The translations under genes and the position numbers were made by a program. Under the pieces are notes generated by a model. That model saw nothing but the letters and a program-made list of their open reading frames with translations. It did no database searches and had not been told where the DNA came from. 64,000 nt of DNA, taken from Acidobacteriota bacterium. GTDB lineage: Bacteria; Acidobacteriota; Vicinamibacteria; Vicinamibacterales; UBA2999. This document shows, piece after piece, positions 21,261-30,555 of this stretch (positions are counted from its first letter, which is position 1; every line of letters starts with the position of its first letter). The stretch lies in the NCBI GenBank assembly GCA_046726375.1, contig JBKPAJ010000021.1, forward strand, positions 65,199-129,198, written 5' to 3'.

Positions 21261-22295
21261 GTGTTGGCGATCGTTCGCCGAACACTTGGCATTGCACTCA
21301 CGGTGTGCGTGAGTGCGACGAGCTACGCGCAGGGTCGAACCGACGTCGTGACGCTTGCCAACGGCGATCGGATCACTGGCGAAATCATACGGCTCGAGCG
21401 CGGACGGTTGGAGTTCAAGACCGACGACGCCGGCACGCTCTACCTCGAATGGGACAAACTCCTGAGTGTCGTCGCGACCGCGCGTGTGGTTGAAGTCGTC
21501 ACCAGCGACGAGCGGCGATTTCTCGGAACGTTGGGCCCAACCGTCGAGCGGTCGATCGGCATCACCAGCGCCGAAGGCGTTGTCACGCTCGCCATGACGG
21601 AGGTGACGTGGATGACGCCGATCGGCGGGAGCTTCTGGAAGAAACTCGACGGCGCGATCGATGCCGGATTCAGCTATACGCGGTCGAGCGGTGTGGCGCA
21701 GCTCAATCTCAACTCCGACACGACTTACCGCAAGCCGGCGTTCGAGGGACGGCTCACCGCGTCGGTCACAGTGACTCAGAAGGACGATGACTCCGGTCGC
21801 GACGACCGCGGGTCGCTTCAGTTGTCGTACCTGCGATACCCGTGGCGGCGCTGGTTCCTGCTCGTGGGTGGCCGCTTCGAGACCAATGAAAGTCTCGGGC
21901 TCGAGCTTCGTTCGCAACTCGTCACCGCGGTCGGTCCGCGCGTGATCAACAGCAATCGCGCGCAGATGGCGTTCGGGGCGGGACTGAGCGTGAACGACGA
22001 ACGCGGGGTGGACGTCGAGTCGACGCGCAACGTGGAGGCGCTCTTCATCTTCCAGACTTCGTTCTATACCTACGACAGGCCGAAAACGAATCTCGATATT
22101 GCCCTGCAGTACTACCCGAGCCTGAGCGACATTGGACGGCAGCGGGTGCAGTTCGACGCGGCCGTCAAACGCGAACTTTGGAAGGATCTGTTCGTTTCGT
22201 TCAACGGCTACAACACCTTCGACAGCCGCCCCCCGAATGCAGCCGCCGACAACAACGACGTCGGCATCGTCTGGTCGATCGGCTGGAGCTACTAG
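21261..22295 (+). CDS. DUF481-like outer-membrane protein
   Basis: GTG 21261 gives a signal peptide (VLAIVRRTLGIALTVCVSATSYAQG). VTLANGDRITGEIIRLERGRLEFKTD is the DUF481-type N-terminal repeat. The remainder is beta-barrel-like and ends ...WSIGWSY. Start is uncertain. Confidence 0.68.
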   Translation: MLAIVRRTLGIALTVCVSATSYAQGRTDVVTLANGDRITGEIIRLERGRLEFKTDDAGTLYLEWDKLLSVVATARVVEVVTSDERRFLGTLGPTVERSIGITSAEGVVTLAMTEVTWMTPIGGSFWKKLDGAIDAGFSYTRSSGVAQLNLNSDTTYRKPAFEGRLTASVTVTQKDDDSGRDDRGSLQLSYLRYPWRRWFLLVGGRFETNESLGLELRSQLVTAVGPRVINSNRAQMAFGAGLSVNDERGVDVESTRNVEALFIFQTSFYTYDRPKTNLDIALQYYPSLSDIGRQRVQFDAAVKRELWKDLFVSFNGYNTFDSRPPNAAADNNDVGIVWSIGWSY

Positions 22296-22479
22296 CCCCA
22301 GCTCCGGTATCCCGGAGGAAGCACGCGCGAGGTCGGGTCACCGGCGGCTAAAGCGCGCGGCGGTGACGCGGGAATGAGAATTTCTCGTGTTATCGTGCCG
22401 CTATATCCGTCGCAACGGTGGCACCGTTCTTCCATAGCCGAGGCGAGAAGCGGCCGTTGCCATGCCGCGGAGGTCCATC

Positions 22480-23046
22480 ATGTCACGCCACCGTCACGCC
22501 CTCGTCGTTGCTGCCTGTTTGACATTCGCACTCGCTGGATGCCACAAGCAGCCCAGCACGCGGCCGCTCAAAACCAGCCCCGTTACCACCGGCGAGGGAA
22601 CGATTGAGGAGGCGCGCAGAAAACTCCAGGGGCGTTGGACGCTGCTCTCGCTGACGGTAGCCAGCGAGGACGGACGCCAATCAGCCGTGGATGCCACTGG
22701 CGTGCTCGCCTTTGACGGCTTCGGCAATCTGGACATCGAGTATCGGCTGAGCGAGGCCGGGCAGAAAACCCTCGAAGGACTCGGGATCAAGACGCCGGGT
22801 CCCGTCCTCTCGACGTCGGGCAACGTTGCGATCGATCCCGTACAGCGACAGATTCGATATGCTGGCGTCGATGTGCAGAAGCGGGCGCTCGAATTCGATC
22901 CGGATTTGGCCGCGCGCCGCGCCAATCCGTTTACGCTCGAGCGCATGCGCTATTACAGCTTCGCGGACACGGGCGAGCTGACGCTGACCACGCGGCACGA
23001 CAACGGCCGCGACGCCGCTGTCGCGCACTGGAAACGCGCGTCGTAG
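22480..23046 (+). CDS. lipoprotein, unknown function
   Basis: ATG 22480 has GGAGG 7 nt upstream. There is a lipobox (LTFALAGC). Confidence 0.6.
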   Translation: MSRHRHALVVAACLTFALAGCHKQPSTRPLKTSPVTTGEGTIEEARRKLQGRWTLLSLTVASEDGRQSAVDATGVLAFDGFGNLDIEYRLSEAGQKTLEGLGIKTPGPVLSTSGNVAIDPVQRQIRYAGVDVQKRALEFDPDLAARRANPFTLERMRYYSFADTGELTLTTRHDNGRDAAVAHWKRAS

Positions 23047-23050
23047 CGCT

Positions 23051-23545
23051 TTACTTCTTTCCGCCCGGATACGTTTCGAACAGGCGCGCAACGTACTGAC
23101 GGATTTGGCTGTTCCGCGCCGCCGCGTCGGCGTTGATCGGCTGCACAGTGTCGGCCGCCCACACCCGCTTGTTGCTCGCGTCACGCATGACGATCACGAG
23201 ACGCCCCAGGGTCTTCGTCGGCGCCAGCTTGCCCTCGCGCTCATACGCGTCGATCTTGTCGAGGTCGACATCGGTGCGGACGTTGGTGTGATAGCGGATG
23301 GTCACGTTGCCGGTGCCGCTTTCCAGCTTGCGAAACCCACGCGCCGCCATTTCGGCATCAATCGCTTCGACGATGACTTTGTGCGCCGAGACATCGTGTG
23401 CCTCGTAGCCTTTTTCCCACGTGTATGTCGTAAAGGCAGCGAAGTTCGCCTTCGGGTCTTTGAGACTCTCGATCTTGCCTTCCTTGGGAGGCGCTTGAAC
23501 GAACGACAGGACGACAGCCATCACGCAACCCACCAACTTCATCAT
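23051..23545 (-). CDS. DUF4136-like exported protein
   Basis: 164 aa with a signal peptide. Its size and pattern (…FTTYTWEKG…, …RLVIVMRDASNKRVWAA…) resemble DUF4136 lipoproteins. Confidence 0.6.
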   Translation of the reverse strand: MMKLVGCVMAVVLSFVQAPPKEGKIESLKDPKANFAAFTTYTWEKGYEAHDVSAHKVIVEAIDAEMAARGFRKLESGTGNVTIRYHTNVRTDVDLDKIDAYEREGKLAPTKTLGRLVIVMRDASNKRVWAADTVQPINADAAARNSQIRQYVARLFETYPGGKK

Positions 23546-23581
23546 GACCTCACTTCGAATTAAGCAATCTGTCGACGCCTA

Positions 23582-23739
23582 GCAGTGAAGCTCCGCCTCA
23601 AACCGCCAAGGACTGCGAAGTTGTCTCCGCTTCACTGCCATATGTTGGTTTGCCCCCGCTCCGCCGGGGCTAGACATCCCCTAAGGCGCTTGCAAAACTT
23701 GCCTCATTTCGGACGCTCTCAGCCTTAGGGGATGTCTAG
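23582..23739. repeat. three consecutive inverted-repeat hairpins in an intergenic spacer
   Basis: GCAGTGAAGC (23582-91) pairs with GCTTCACTGC (23629-38). GCCCC (23652-56) pairs with GGGGC (23666-70). A perfect 17-bp repeat, CTAGACATCCCCTAAGG (23670-86), pairs with CCTTAGGGGATGTCTAG (23723-39). Confidence 0.85.
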
Positions 23740-23904
23740 TTGCCAACCACTCACTACGCCGGAAACATGTCCACCGGCCGAGAGTCGTGGCCTGTTCGGC
23801 CTGCGCCGCAACGACCGTGCCCTCGCGGGAAATCCTGAGCCGTGCCAACGGCTGGGCAGAGAGCACCGCTGTCGCGACAACAAACGTCAGAGCGTTCCGC
23901 ATGC

Positions 23905-25488
23905 TCATTTGCCCCGCTTCTGCATCGCCTTTTCGCGCTCGGTCCGCTGCTCCATCAACAACGAATAGGCAAGATAGTACTTGTAAATGTTGGCCACGTA
24001 CTGCACTGTCTCGCGCCCGATGACCTCGCCGGCTACGACTTCCACGTTGTTGAACCACACGTTGGGGTTCAGCCCGCGTTGGGCGGCACGGGCGCGCAGC
24101 TCGCGGATGCGGCCAGGGCCTGCATTATAGGACGCAAACGTGAACAGACCCTTGTCGAGCGGCGTCATGTTCTCGCCTGCGAAGTAGCGGTCCATCATGA
24201 AGCGGACGTACTTCACCCCACCATGGATATTCGGCTCGAGCTGTCTGATGTCGCCCACCTGCAGTTCCTTCCCGGTCTGCGGCATTACCTGCATGACGCC
24301 GATCGCACCGACACGGCTCTTGGCGTTTTGATTGAGCTGCGATTCCTGGTAGCCCTGCGCCGCCATCAGCAGGAAATCGAGTTTGTATTGACCGCTGTAT
24401 TTCCTGAACAGAGCAACGGTGCGCTCGAACTTGGCGCGCTCGTCCTCGGCCGTCGCATTGCGCGCGTAGCTGATGTTTTTAAGATACTGATTGAAGAGCA
24501 TGTTGCGCCTCGCCGAGCCTTCCGGGTAGCGCGCGATGAACGCGTTGAGTTCGGCAAGCAGTTGTGGACTGTTCTTGCGAACGAGCATGCCCGTTTGTCC
24601 CCCGGTCCTGACCGCGGCCCCCGTGTTCAGCACCAGATTCGGAAATACCTTCTGCCAGAACTCCGCGATGTAGTCGTCGGTCATGGTCATCGGCACAAGC
24701 CCAGCGTTCACCATTTCCAGAATGTCTTCGTTGGCGAGCACCTCGGGGGCCGCCCGCACCTTCACCGGCGGTTTTCCGGCCTTCTTGAGCTCCGCATTGA
24801 ACCGATCGACACCCTGCGCGGAAATGTCGGACTTGCGCAAGTACACTTCGCGGCCGCCGAGGTCCAGCGGCGACGCGACCGGTGGCACGTCCGGGCCGGT
24901 CACGATAATCGACGAGATATTGCTGCGGGTCGGATTCGTGGCATCGACTTGAGCTTTTCGCCAGGCCGTCAGCAGCGTCCCGGCTGACACGACGTCGCCG
25001 CGTCCGTCGAGCAGCGCGGGGATCAGCTCGTCATTCGCGACTGGAATGAACACGACATGCACTTTCGTGTGCCGCGACTGCAATTTCTTGTTGAGGTCCT
25101 CTTCGAAAAGGCGGAACGCGTCGTGCACCAGCCCGCGCGGTTGTCCCTGGTCGACGAAGTAGTTCACCTTCGAGTACGTGGTCAACACACGAATGACGCG
25201 GCGCTGGATCATCCCCTCGAGATCCCCAGTCCACTTGACACCCCGGATGTCCGGCAGCTCGTACACTTCGTCCGCCTCCGCCTTGGCGGCACGGTCAGCC
25301 TCGCTGATGGCTGCGGCGTCGGACGTCGACTGGTTCACGGCGGCGCCCGACGGCGACTGGTTCGCGGCGGCGCCCGACGTCGACGTCGCGCCTCCGGACG
25401 GCGGGCCACCCTTACACGAGACAATCGCCGCGACCGCGCACAACGCCAAGGCGAGGGATGCGCATCTTGACAAACCTTCCGCTGTCAT
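23905..25488 (-). CDS. MltF-like lytic transglycosylase fused to a solute-binding (SBP_bac_3-like) domain
   Basis: SLT catalytic region (…YQESQLNQNAKSRVGAIGVMQVMPQTG…) lies C-terminal to a periplasmic-binding-like domain. I chose ATG 25488 (MTAEGLSRCASLALALCAVAAIVSC, lipoprotein-like), which overlaps the upstream stop as ATGA. The track start is 25530. Confidence 0.85.
   Translation of the reverse strand: MTAEGLSRCASLALALCAVAAIVSCKGGPPSGGATSTSGAAANQSPSGAAVNQSTSDAAAISEADRAAKAEADEVYELPDIRGVKWTGDLEGMIQRRVIRVLTTYSKVNYFVDQGQPRGLVHDAFRLFEEDLNKKLQSRHTKVHVVFIPVANDELIPALLDGRGDVVSAGTLLTAWRKAQVDATNPTRSNISSIIVTGPDVPPVASPLDLGGREVYLRKSDISAQGVDRFNAELKKAGKPPVKVRAAPEVLANEDILEMVNAGLVPMTMTDDYIAEFWQKVFPNLVLNTGAAVRTGGQTGMLVRKNSPQLLAELNAFIARYPEGSARRNMLFNQYLKNISYARNATAEDERAKFERTVALFRKYSGQYKLDFLLMAAQGYQESQLNQNAKSRVGAIGVMQVMPQTGKELQVGDIRQLEPNIHGGVKYVRFMMDRYFAGENMTPLDKGLFTFASYNAGPGRIRELRARAAQRGLNPNVWFNNVEVVAGEVIGRETVQYVANIYKYYLAYSLLMEQRTEREKAMQKRGK
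25327..25380. repeat. 27-bp tandem duplication inside the MltF-like linker
   Basis: CGACTGGTTCACGGCGGCGCCCGACGG is followed by CGACTGGTTCGCGGCGGCGCCCGACGT. On the minus strand this encodes SGAAANQSP/SGAAVNQST. Confidence 0.85.
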
Positions 25489-26603
25489 TGAGTCCTCCGA
25501 AACGGCATGCCGACCCAGGAATATTGCCAACCAACTGACAGAATCTTAAAGCGACCACCCACCCGCGTGATGACCCCGTCACTGAAGCTACACTTCAAGG
25601 ACTGCCGACGACTCACAGGCACCGAGCCTGTGACGCCGACGCGCGAGTTCGCTTGCAGCGAGGTCAGGCTCTGCAGGCCGTCAACCGTCGTTCGCCCGCC
25701 GTACCAGTAGTTCAGGTCGAGCGAGATCCACAGGCGCGGTTTGACATCGTAGCTGATGTGCCCCTCGAACGATCCGATCGGGGACTGTTTGCGGACCGAC
25801 CCCCGCACCTCTGGACTTGGGGCGAAGTAGTCGTTATTGGCCGTAAACAACCAGACGCCTCCATACGCGTCGATGACCAGGCGTCTTGCCCGGTGGCTGA
25901 GGCCGATTTCCGGTTTGAAACTCCAGCGATTCGTCCCCAGATTGATCACCCGCGTATTGACGTACTGGCCAGTCGGCGCGACCACGCGCAGGCTCGCACC
26001 GATGACATTCTTGGATGGCGGGGTCTTGACGAACTCGGGAGCCGGCATGGCCCGTCCGCCTTTCAGGTTCACCGCGAACCTCACCGCGGAGTCCATCAGC
26101 CCTTCGCGGTGAGCGTCACGCTCGTTGCCGATAACCGTGGCGCGGATATTCCCGGTTACCCACGGAAGCGCTGCACTGAGATTGGCCGATCGACCGAAGA
26201 AGTCGAATCCGAAGTAATAACTGAGAACGGGAGTATGCATGGTCCCGCTGGCATCGGTGATGGGCAGCGTTGGATCGAACTGGACCTCTCCCTTCGACAG
26301 CGCGTACGTGAGCGTTACGGCGTTCGACGACACCGGCGTAATGACGTAAGCGCGCGGCGTAAGATCCTGCGCCGCGCACGGCGCCGACACCACCCAGGCG
26401 GTGACCGCCGCGGCAAGAACGCGACGCGCGCAAGACCGTGCGTTCCTGCCGGTATGCAGTGTCGCCAGCTCCGAGGTGGATACTTCCGTAGAAGATCGCG
26501 GACAGCTTCCCGAAGGAGCGCCTTGCACTTGGCGTTGTCGATAACGAAGTTGATGTTGGCTTGTTCCACGCCTCGCCACACCCACCGCTCCTTTTGCGGA
26601 CAA
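25485..26603 (-). CDS. outer-membrane transporter-like beta-barrel (MetA-pathway/phenol-degradation-type OMP, tentative)
   Basis: Signal peptide ...ARRVLAAAVTAWVVSAPCAAQD, then a beta-barrel pattern ending ...WQYSWVGMPFRRTQ. The start codon is unresolved: there is no ATG or GTG next to the signal peptide, and the track start is TTG at 26603. Confidence 0.65.
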   Translation of the reverse strand: MSAKGAVGVARRGTSQHQLRYRQRQVQGAPSGSCPRSSTEVSTSELATLHTGRNARSCARRVLAAAVTAWVVSAPCAAQDLTPRAYVITPVSSNAVTLTYALSKGEVQFDPTLPITDASGTMHTPVLSYYFGFDFFGRSANLSAALPWVTGNIRATVIGNERDAHREGLMDSAVRFAVNLKGGRAMPAPEFVKTPPSKNVIGASLRVVAPTGQYVNTRVINLGTNRWSFKPEIGLSHRARRLVIDAYGGVWLFTANNDYFAPSPEVRGSVRKQSPIGSFEGHISYDVKPRLWISLDLNYWYGGRTTVDGLQSLTSLQANSRVGVTGSVPVSRRQSLKCSFSDGVITRVGGRFKILSVGWQYSWVGMPFRRTQ

Positions 26604-26853
26604 ATCGAGGACGAACCGTGCCGCCGTATGCCCTCGCAGTATATGTGCACTCCTCGCGGCGCTGTCACGGTGACGTGACTACGTCGCTCGCCCCCAAAAG
26701 GGAGCACCAGCGGTATGGACACCATCGCCACCCAAGGGTCCCGCACATGGGCCGAGCGCGCACTTCGTAATGATGCTGAATACAACACGCGCGCAAAGAG
26801 ACGCTGGCTGGCGCCGTGCCGCAAGGGCGGTGAGTCACACCTGCGTCGAACGC

Positions 26854-27723
26854 TCAAGGCCGCACGGGCACTTCAGCGGCGACACCGCGGCGTTGCAGCA
26901 TGATGTAGCAGATGGAAACCACGACATTCACCAGCAGGTACAACACAATCGCGGCGGGTACGAGCTTCTCCTGCGGAAAATTTGCGCCGGCGACGGCGAT
27001 CGCGATCGCCGGATGCCGGCATGCGGTGGAGAGCGCCAGCACGCTGCGTTCTTCGCGATTGGGTCCGCCGAGGGTGTGACCGACCACCAGGCCCACAACG
27101 ACAAACACCGCGAACAGCAATACTGTGCCGTTGCCTATGAGCGAAAGCGCTGTCGGCAGCAGCGCGGCCAGCAGCGCAACTGTCGTGAGCGCGAGAGACG
27201 CAAGCGCGACGATCGCCGACCATTTCGCCAGTTTCAACGCCACGCCAGGCGACACAGTTCGCACGGCCATGCCGAGTCCGAGCGGCAACAGCACCGAGAT
27301 AAAGGCGAGACGTAGGATCGCTCCCGGCGGCAACGCGATCGGCAGACCCACGATGCGGCCGATGAAGGAAAGTGCAATTGGAACATAGAGAATCGACAAC
27401 ACCGCGGCCGTGACCATGAGGCCGATGCCATACGCTATGCGCCCGCCCGCTTTCGCCTCGCGATTCAAGAGCAGTGGCGGCATTGGCGAGACCGCCAAAG
27501 CGAGGACTGCGATTTCAACCGCCGGGTGAAACGCGAAGAGAACGATCGACAACACCGCGAAGAACGGCATGACGACGAACATCGCCAGCAGCGCACGCGC
27601 CGCCATCCGTGGGCGGCGGGCGGGATACAGGACGTCGTCGCCCGTCGATTGCAACCCGTAGCTGAATACCGCTAGAAAGATGCTGGCCTTGAGGGCCAGG
27701 CTCACGGCCTGCTGGGTATCCAT
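26854..27723 (-). CDS. bile acid:Na+ symporter (BASS)-family transporter
   Basis: 289 aa with roughly 8-9 TM segments. The overall pattern resembles BASS/SBF-like proteins. Confidence 0.75.
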   Translation of the reverse strand: MDTQQAVSLALKASIFLAVFSYGLQSTGDDVLYPARRPRMAARALLAMFVVMPFFAVLSIVLFAFHPAVEIAVLALAVSPMPPLLLNREAKAGGRIAYGIGLMVTAAVLSILYVPIALSFIGRIVGLPIALPPGAILRLAFISVLLPLGLGMAVRTVSPGVALKLAKWSAIVALASLALTTVALLAALLPTALSLIGNGTVLLFAVFVVVGLVVGHTLGGPNREERSVLALSTACRHPAIAIAVAGANFPQEKLVPAAIVLYLLVNVVVSICYIMLQRRGVAAEVPVRP

Positions 27724-27902
27724 CGGTGTGTTGGCACACGCTCGGCGCTGCGAGCCCCGAGTCCGTGCGCCTCTATTCAGGATATTCTCCGCGATTCCGG
27801 AGCCGTCACCGCCAGGTCAAAACCCAGTGATTTCGGCGACGGGCTTTCAACAGAAATGTGCAGCTTTGCGATTGCCGGCACACCAGCATCGCAACGCTTG
27901 TG

Positions 27903-29558
27903 TCACGTTTGCTGCCGAGTTAGACGGTATTTGGCCATGCGGCTTTCGAGAGTTGTGGGTTTGACGCCCAGTCGCTCGGCGGCTCCTCCTGGCCCGCGTA
28001 CCCGCCAGGCCGTGCTCTGGAGAGTCGCTCGAATGTGTTCGATCTGGATCTCGTCGAGTGTCAATACCTGCAGCCGAGGGCCGGCGCCGCCAGTGTCCGG
28101 CAGGGATACCGTCAGCCGCGGGCTGTCCGCGACGATGACGGCGCGCTCGATAACATTGCGCAGCTCACGAACGTTTCCCGGCCACGCGTAGCGCTGCAGG
28201 CGTTCCATTGAGTGGTGCGAGAGCGTTTCGATTGGCTTTGCCAGCTTTTTCGAGAACTCTTCGACGAATTGCCACACCAGTCCAGGGATATCCTCGGCGC
28301 GTTCTCTGAGCGGCGGAACCGCGATCGGAAAGACGTTGAGTCGGTAAAACAGATCCTCCCGGAATTTGCCCTCTGCCACGGCTTTGTCGAGATTGCGGTG
28401 CGTGGCCGCGATGATGCGGACGTCGATGTCGATCGCGTGCGTACTCCCGACCCGCTCGATCACTCGCTGTTCGAGAACCCGGAGAAGCTTCACCTGCACC
28501 TCCGGCGACAACTCTCCGATCTCATCGAGGAAAAGGGTCGAGTGATTCGCGAATTCGAAACGGCCGATCTGCCGTGTGAACGCGCCGGTAAATGCGCCGC
28601 GCTCGTGGCCGAACAACTCGCTTTCAATGAGCGAGCTCGGAATCGCGGCGCAGCTCACGCGAATCATCTCGCGCTTGTGCCGGGCGCTGAGCTCGTGAAT
28701 GGCCTGAGCAAAGAGTTCCTTCCCAACTCCGGTCTCGCCGAGCAGCAGAACTGTCGAAGGCGTGGAAGCCACCTGTTCCACTTGTGCAAGTGCACGCCTG
28801 ACCGACGGGCTTTCGGACACGATAGGACGTGAAAGCCGCAAGGCCGCGACCGAATGTCGAGTCTGCACGCTGTTCCGCTTCGCGTTCTGACGCAGTCGCT
28901 CGAGCTCCTCGGACGTTTCCTTCAGCGCCGTCAGGGTTTCGTGGCGCATCAGCGCCTGGCTGAAAACTGCCGCGGCGAGACGCAAATACTCGATGACCGA
29001 GGGTGACCAGTGGCGTTCTCTCGTGGTTGTGCTGACGGCGAGGCCGCGTCGGCCGAGAGCGGCGTCCAGTGCGGCCATGCGAAACCAGGCCGCGGACCGC
29101 ACGCCGTGCTTTTCCAGGAGATCCCGATCCGCGGCATTTGCCACCTCGTCGATCCCCGAGAACCAGATCGCGTCGGCGCTTTCGACCCATGCAGCGGATC
29201 GAGCCGACGGCAGTTGCAACGGCGGTGGAGCGGCTTGCGAATGACGGCTCCAATGGTACGAAGCCACGACCTGTCCCGGTTCGGCCGGCTCGGACCACAG
29301 CACCGCGGAATCGACTTGGAGGGTTTCGCCAAGCTCACGCAAGCCGTCTGCGATGGCGTCGTCGATCCGCGAGGGCTCGATCGTGGCGAGTCGTGCGGCG
29401 AGATTGGCCATGAGCCGCCGGAGCGAGCCATTCACCCCGGAGCGGCCGGGCAAGTCGCAATCACTGCACTGCCCACCTGGATGTGGGTCCAGGTGCGCAG
29501 CCCATGGAAAAGGCTGGACTGCGTCGTTCGCCATGGCTTTACCAGCTCGTGCAAACAT
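27903..29558 (-). CDS. sigma54-dependent transcriptional activator (GAF-AAA+-HTH), paralog of 3087..5033
   Basis: AAA+ core with GETGVGKE, ERGAFTGAF and FLDEIGE; C-terminal HTH AAERLGVKPTTLESRMAKY. I chose ATG 29558 because the longer track ORF overlaps the AraC-type gene. Confidence 0.88.
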   Translation of the reverse strand: MFARAGKAMANDAVQPFPWAAHLDPHPGGQCSDCDLPGRSGVNGSLRRLMANLAARLATIEPSRIDDAIADGLRELGETLQVDSAVLWSEPAEPGQVVASYHWSRHSQAAPPPLQLPSARSAAWVESADAIWFSGIDEVANAADRDLLEKHGVRSAAWFRMAALDAALGRRGLAVSTTTRERHWSPSVIEYLRLAAAVFSQALMRHETLTALKETSEELERLRQNAKRNSVQTRHSVAALRLSRPIVSESPSVRRALAQVEQVASTPSTVLLLGETGVGKELFAQAIHELSARHKREMIRVSCAAIPSSLIESELFGHERGAFTGAFTRQIGRFEFANHSTLFLDEIGELSPEVQVKLLRVLEQRVIERVGSTHAIDIDVRIIAATHRNLDKAVAEGKFREDLFYRLNVFPIAVPPLRERAEDIPGLVWQFVEEFSKKLAKPIETLSHHSMERLQRYAWPGNVRELRNVIERAVIVADSPRLTVSLPDTGGAGPRLQVLTLDEIQIEHIRATLQSTAWRVRGPGGAAERLGVKPTTLESRMAKYRLTRQQT

Positions 29559-29575
29559 GGTCGTCACCCTTGCAT

Positions 29576-29974
29576 TTACAAGCGTTGATTGATCGCCGAT
29601 TGACGAACGCCGCGCAGCGTTGCGGACGGGGGTTCGCCGAACGCCTCTCGGTAGCTCCCGGCAAACCGGCCCAACTCGTGGAACCCGTGAGCCGTTGCCA
29701 CCAGCGTGACATTGGTCGATGCGGTGTTCGGTTGGGTCAGTGCTCGCCGCACCTGTTTGAGGCGCTCTGCGAGTATCCATCGTTTGGGGCCCATACCGTG
29801 AACGGCGTAAAACGCTTCGCGGACGCCGCGTTCACTCCGTCCGACCAGCCGGCAAAGCACGGCAACGGGCACCGGCGTATCCAAATGCGCGCGGAGGTAC
29901 GCTTCGGCGCGCTCGACGATTGCCCTGCGCGATGCGATCGCCGGACGATCCCGGCCGGCACGGCGAGGTTCCAT
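29576..29974 (-). CDS. AraC-family HTH-domain-only protein
   Basis: 132 aa with two HTH units (…LCRLVGRSERGVREAFYAVHGMGPKRWILAERL… and …VATAHGFHELGRFAGSYREAFGEPPS). There is no N-terminal ligand-binding domain. Confidence 0.75.
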   Translation of the reverse strand: MEPRRAGRDRPAIASRRAIVERAEAYLRAHLDTPVPVAVLCRLVGRSERGVREAFYAVHGMGPKRWILAERLKQVRRALTQPNTASTNVTLVATAHGFHELGRFAGSYREAFGEPPSATLRGVRQSAINQRL

Positions 29975-30141
29975 GGCTGGACACGCTATCGCCGGTGCGG
30001 ACGCAGCGAAACTGGCTTATCTAGCAGAGGTGACGGGCAAAATTGACAGGGGGAGGTTTAGCGGGAGCGACGTGCCGTTTCTGCATAGCCTCGCCGCCCC
30101 CGGATCGGTATTGTCAAAGACGCGCGCGTGATTGATGCGCC

Positions 30142-30555
30142 ATGATCATGCCCAAACGCCGGCGAGTGCTGCTCGTCGATGACAATGCGGAGATCCTGAA
30201 CCGGGCAGCGGCGGTGCTGTCGCCCGACTTCGAGATCGTGGGCGCTGTAACCGATGGGTACGCCGCATTGGAGGCCGCGCGCACATTGCGGCCGGATGTC
30301 ATCGTTCTCGATATCTCCATGGTCGGCATGTGCGGCCTGGAAGTCGCCAGCCGGCTCAAGGCCGTAGGCTCCACGGCAGCGGTCGTGTTCCTGACGATTC
30401 ACAACGACGAGGAATTCGTTGTCGCGGCGAAAAACGCCGGTGGAGTGGGCTACGTCCTCAAGCCACGGCTCGCCAGCGATCTTCCGCTGGCGGCGCTTAG
30501 CGCGAGCTGCGGGCGGCGGTTCATCTCACCCCACATACCCGGCGACGTCTGGTGA
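30142..30555 (+). CDS. single-domain response regulator (receiver only)
   Basis: 137 aa with VLLVDDN…, phospho-acceptor context DVIVLDISMVGMCGLEV, and …FLTIH…A…GYVLKP. Its 3' end overlaps the convergent kinase gene by 30 nt. Confidence 0.85.
   Translation: MIMPKRRRVLLVDDNAEILNRAAAVLSPDFEIVGAVTDGYAALEAARTLRPDVIVLDISMVGMCGLEVASRLKAVGSTAAVVFLTIHNDEEFVVAAKNAGGVGYVLKPRLASDLPLAALSASCGRRFISPHIPGDVW

Noticed and set aside
23670-23739. The 17-bp inverted repeat pair as a MITE or IS remnant.
   Set aside because: The element would be only 70 bp. I see no flanking direct repeats and found no second copy within this window. It is kept only as an unexplained hairpin.
27732-27747. TGGCAC-N5-CGGCG, a partial sigma54 -24/-12 look-alike next to the second EBP region.
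   Set aside because: The -12 element is poor (CGGC instead of TTGC). It also lies on the plus strand overlapping the start of a minus-strand gene and points into the antisense of the EBP gene.
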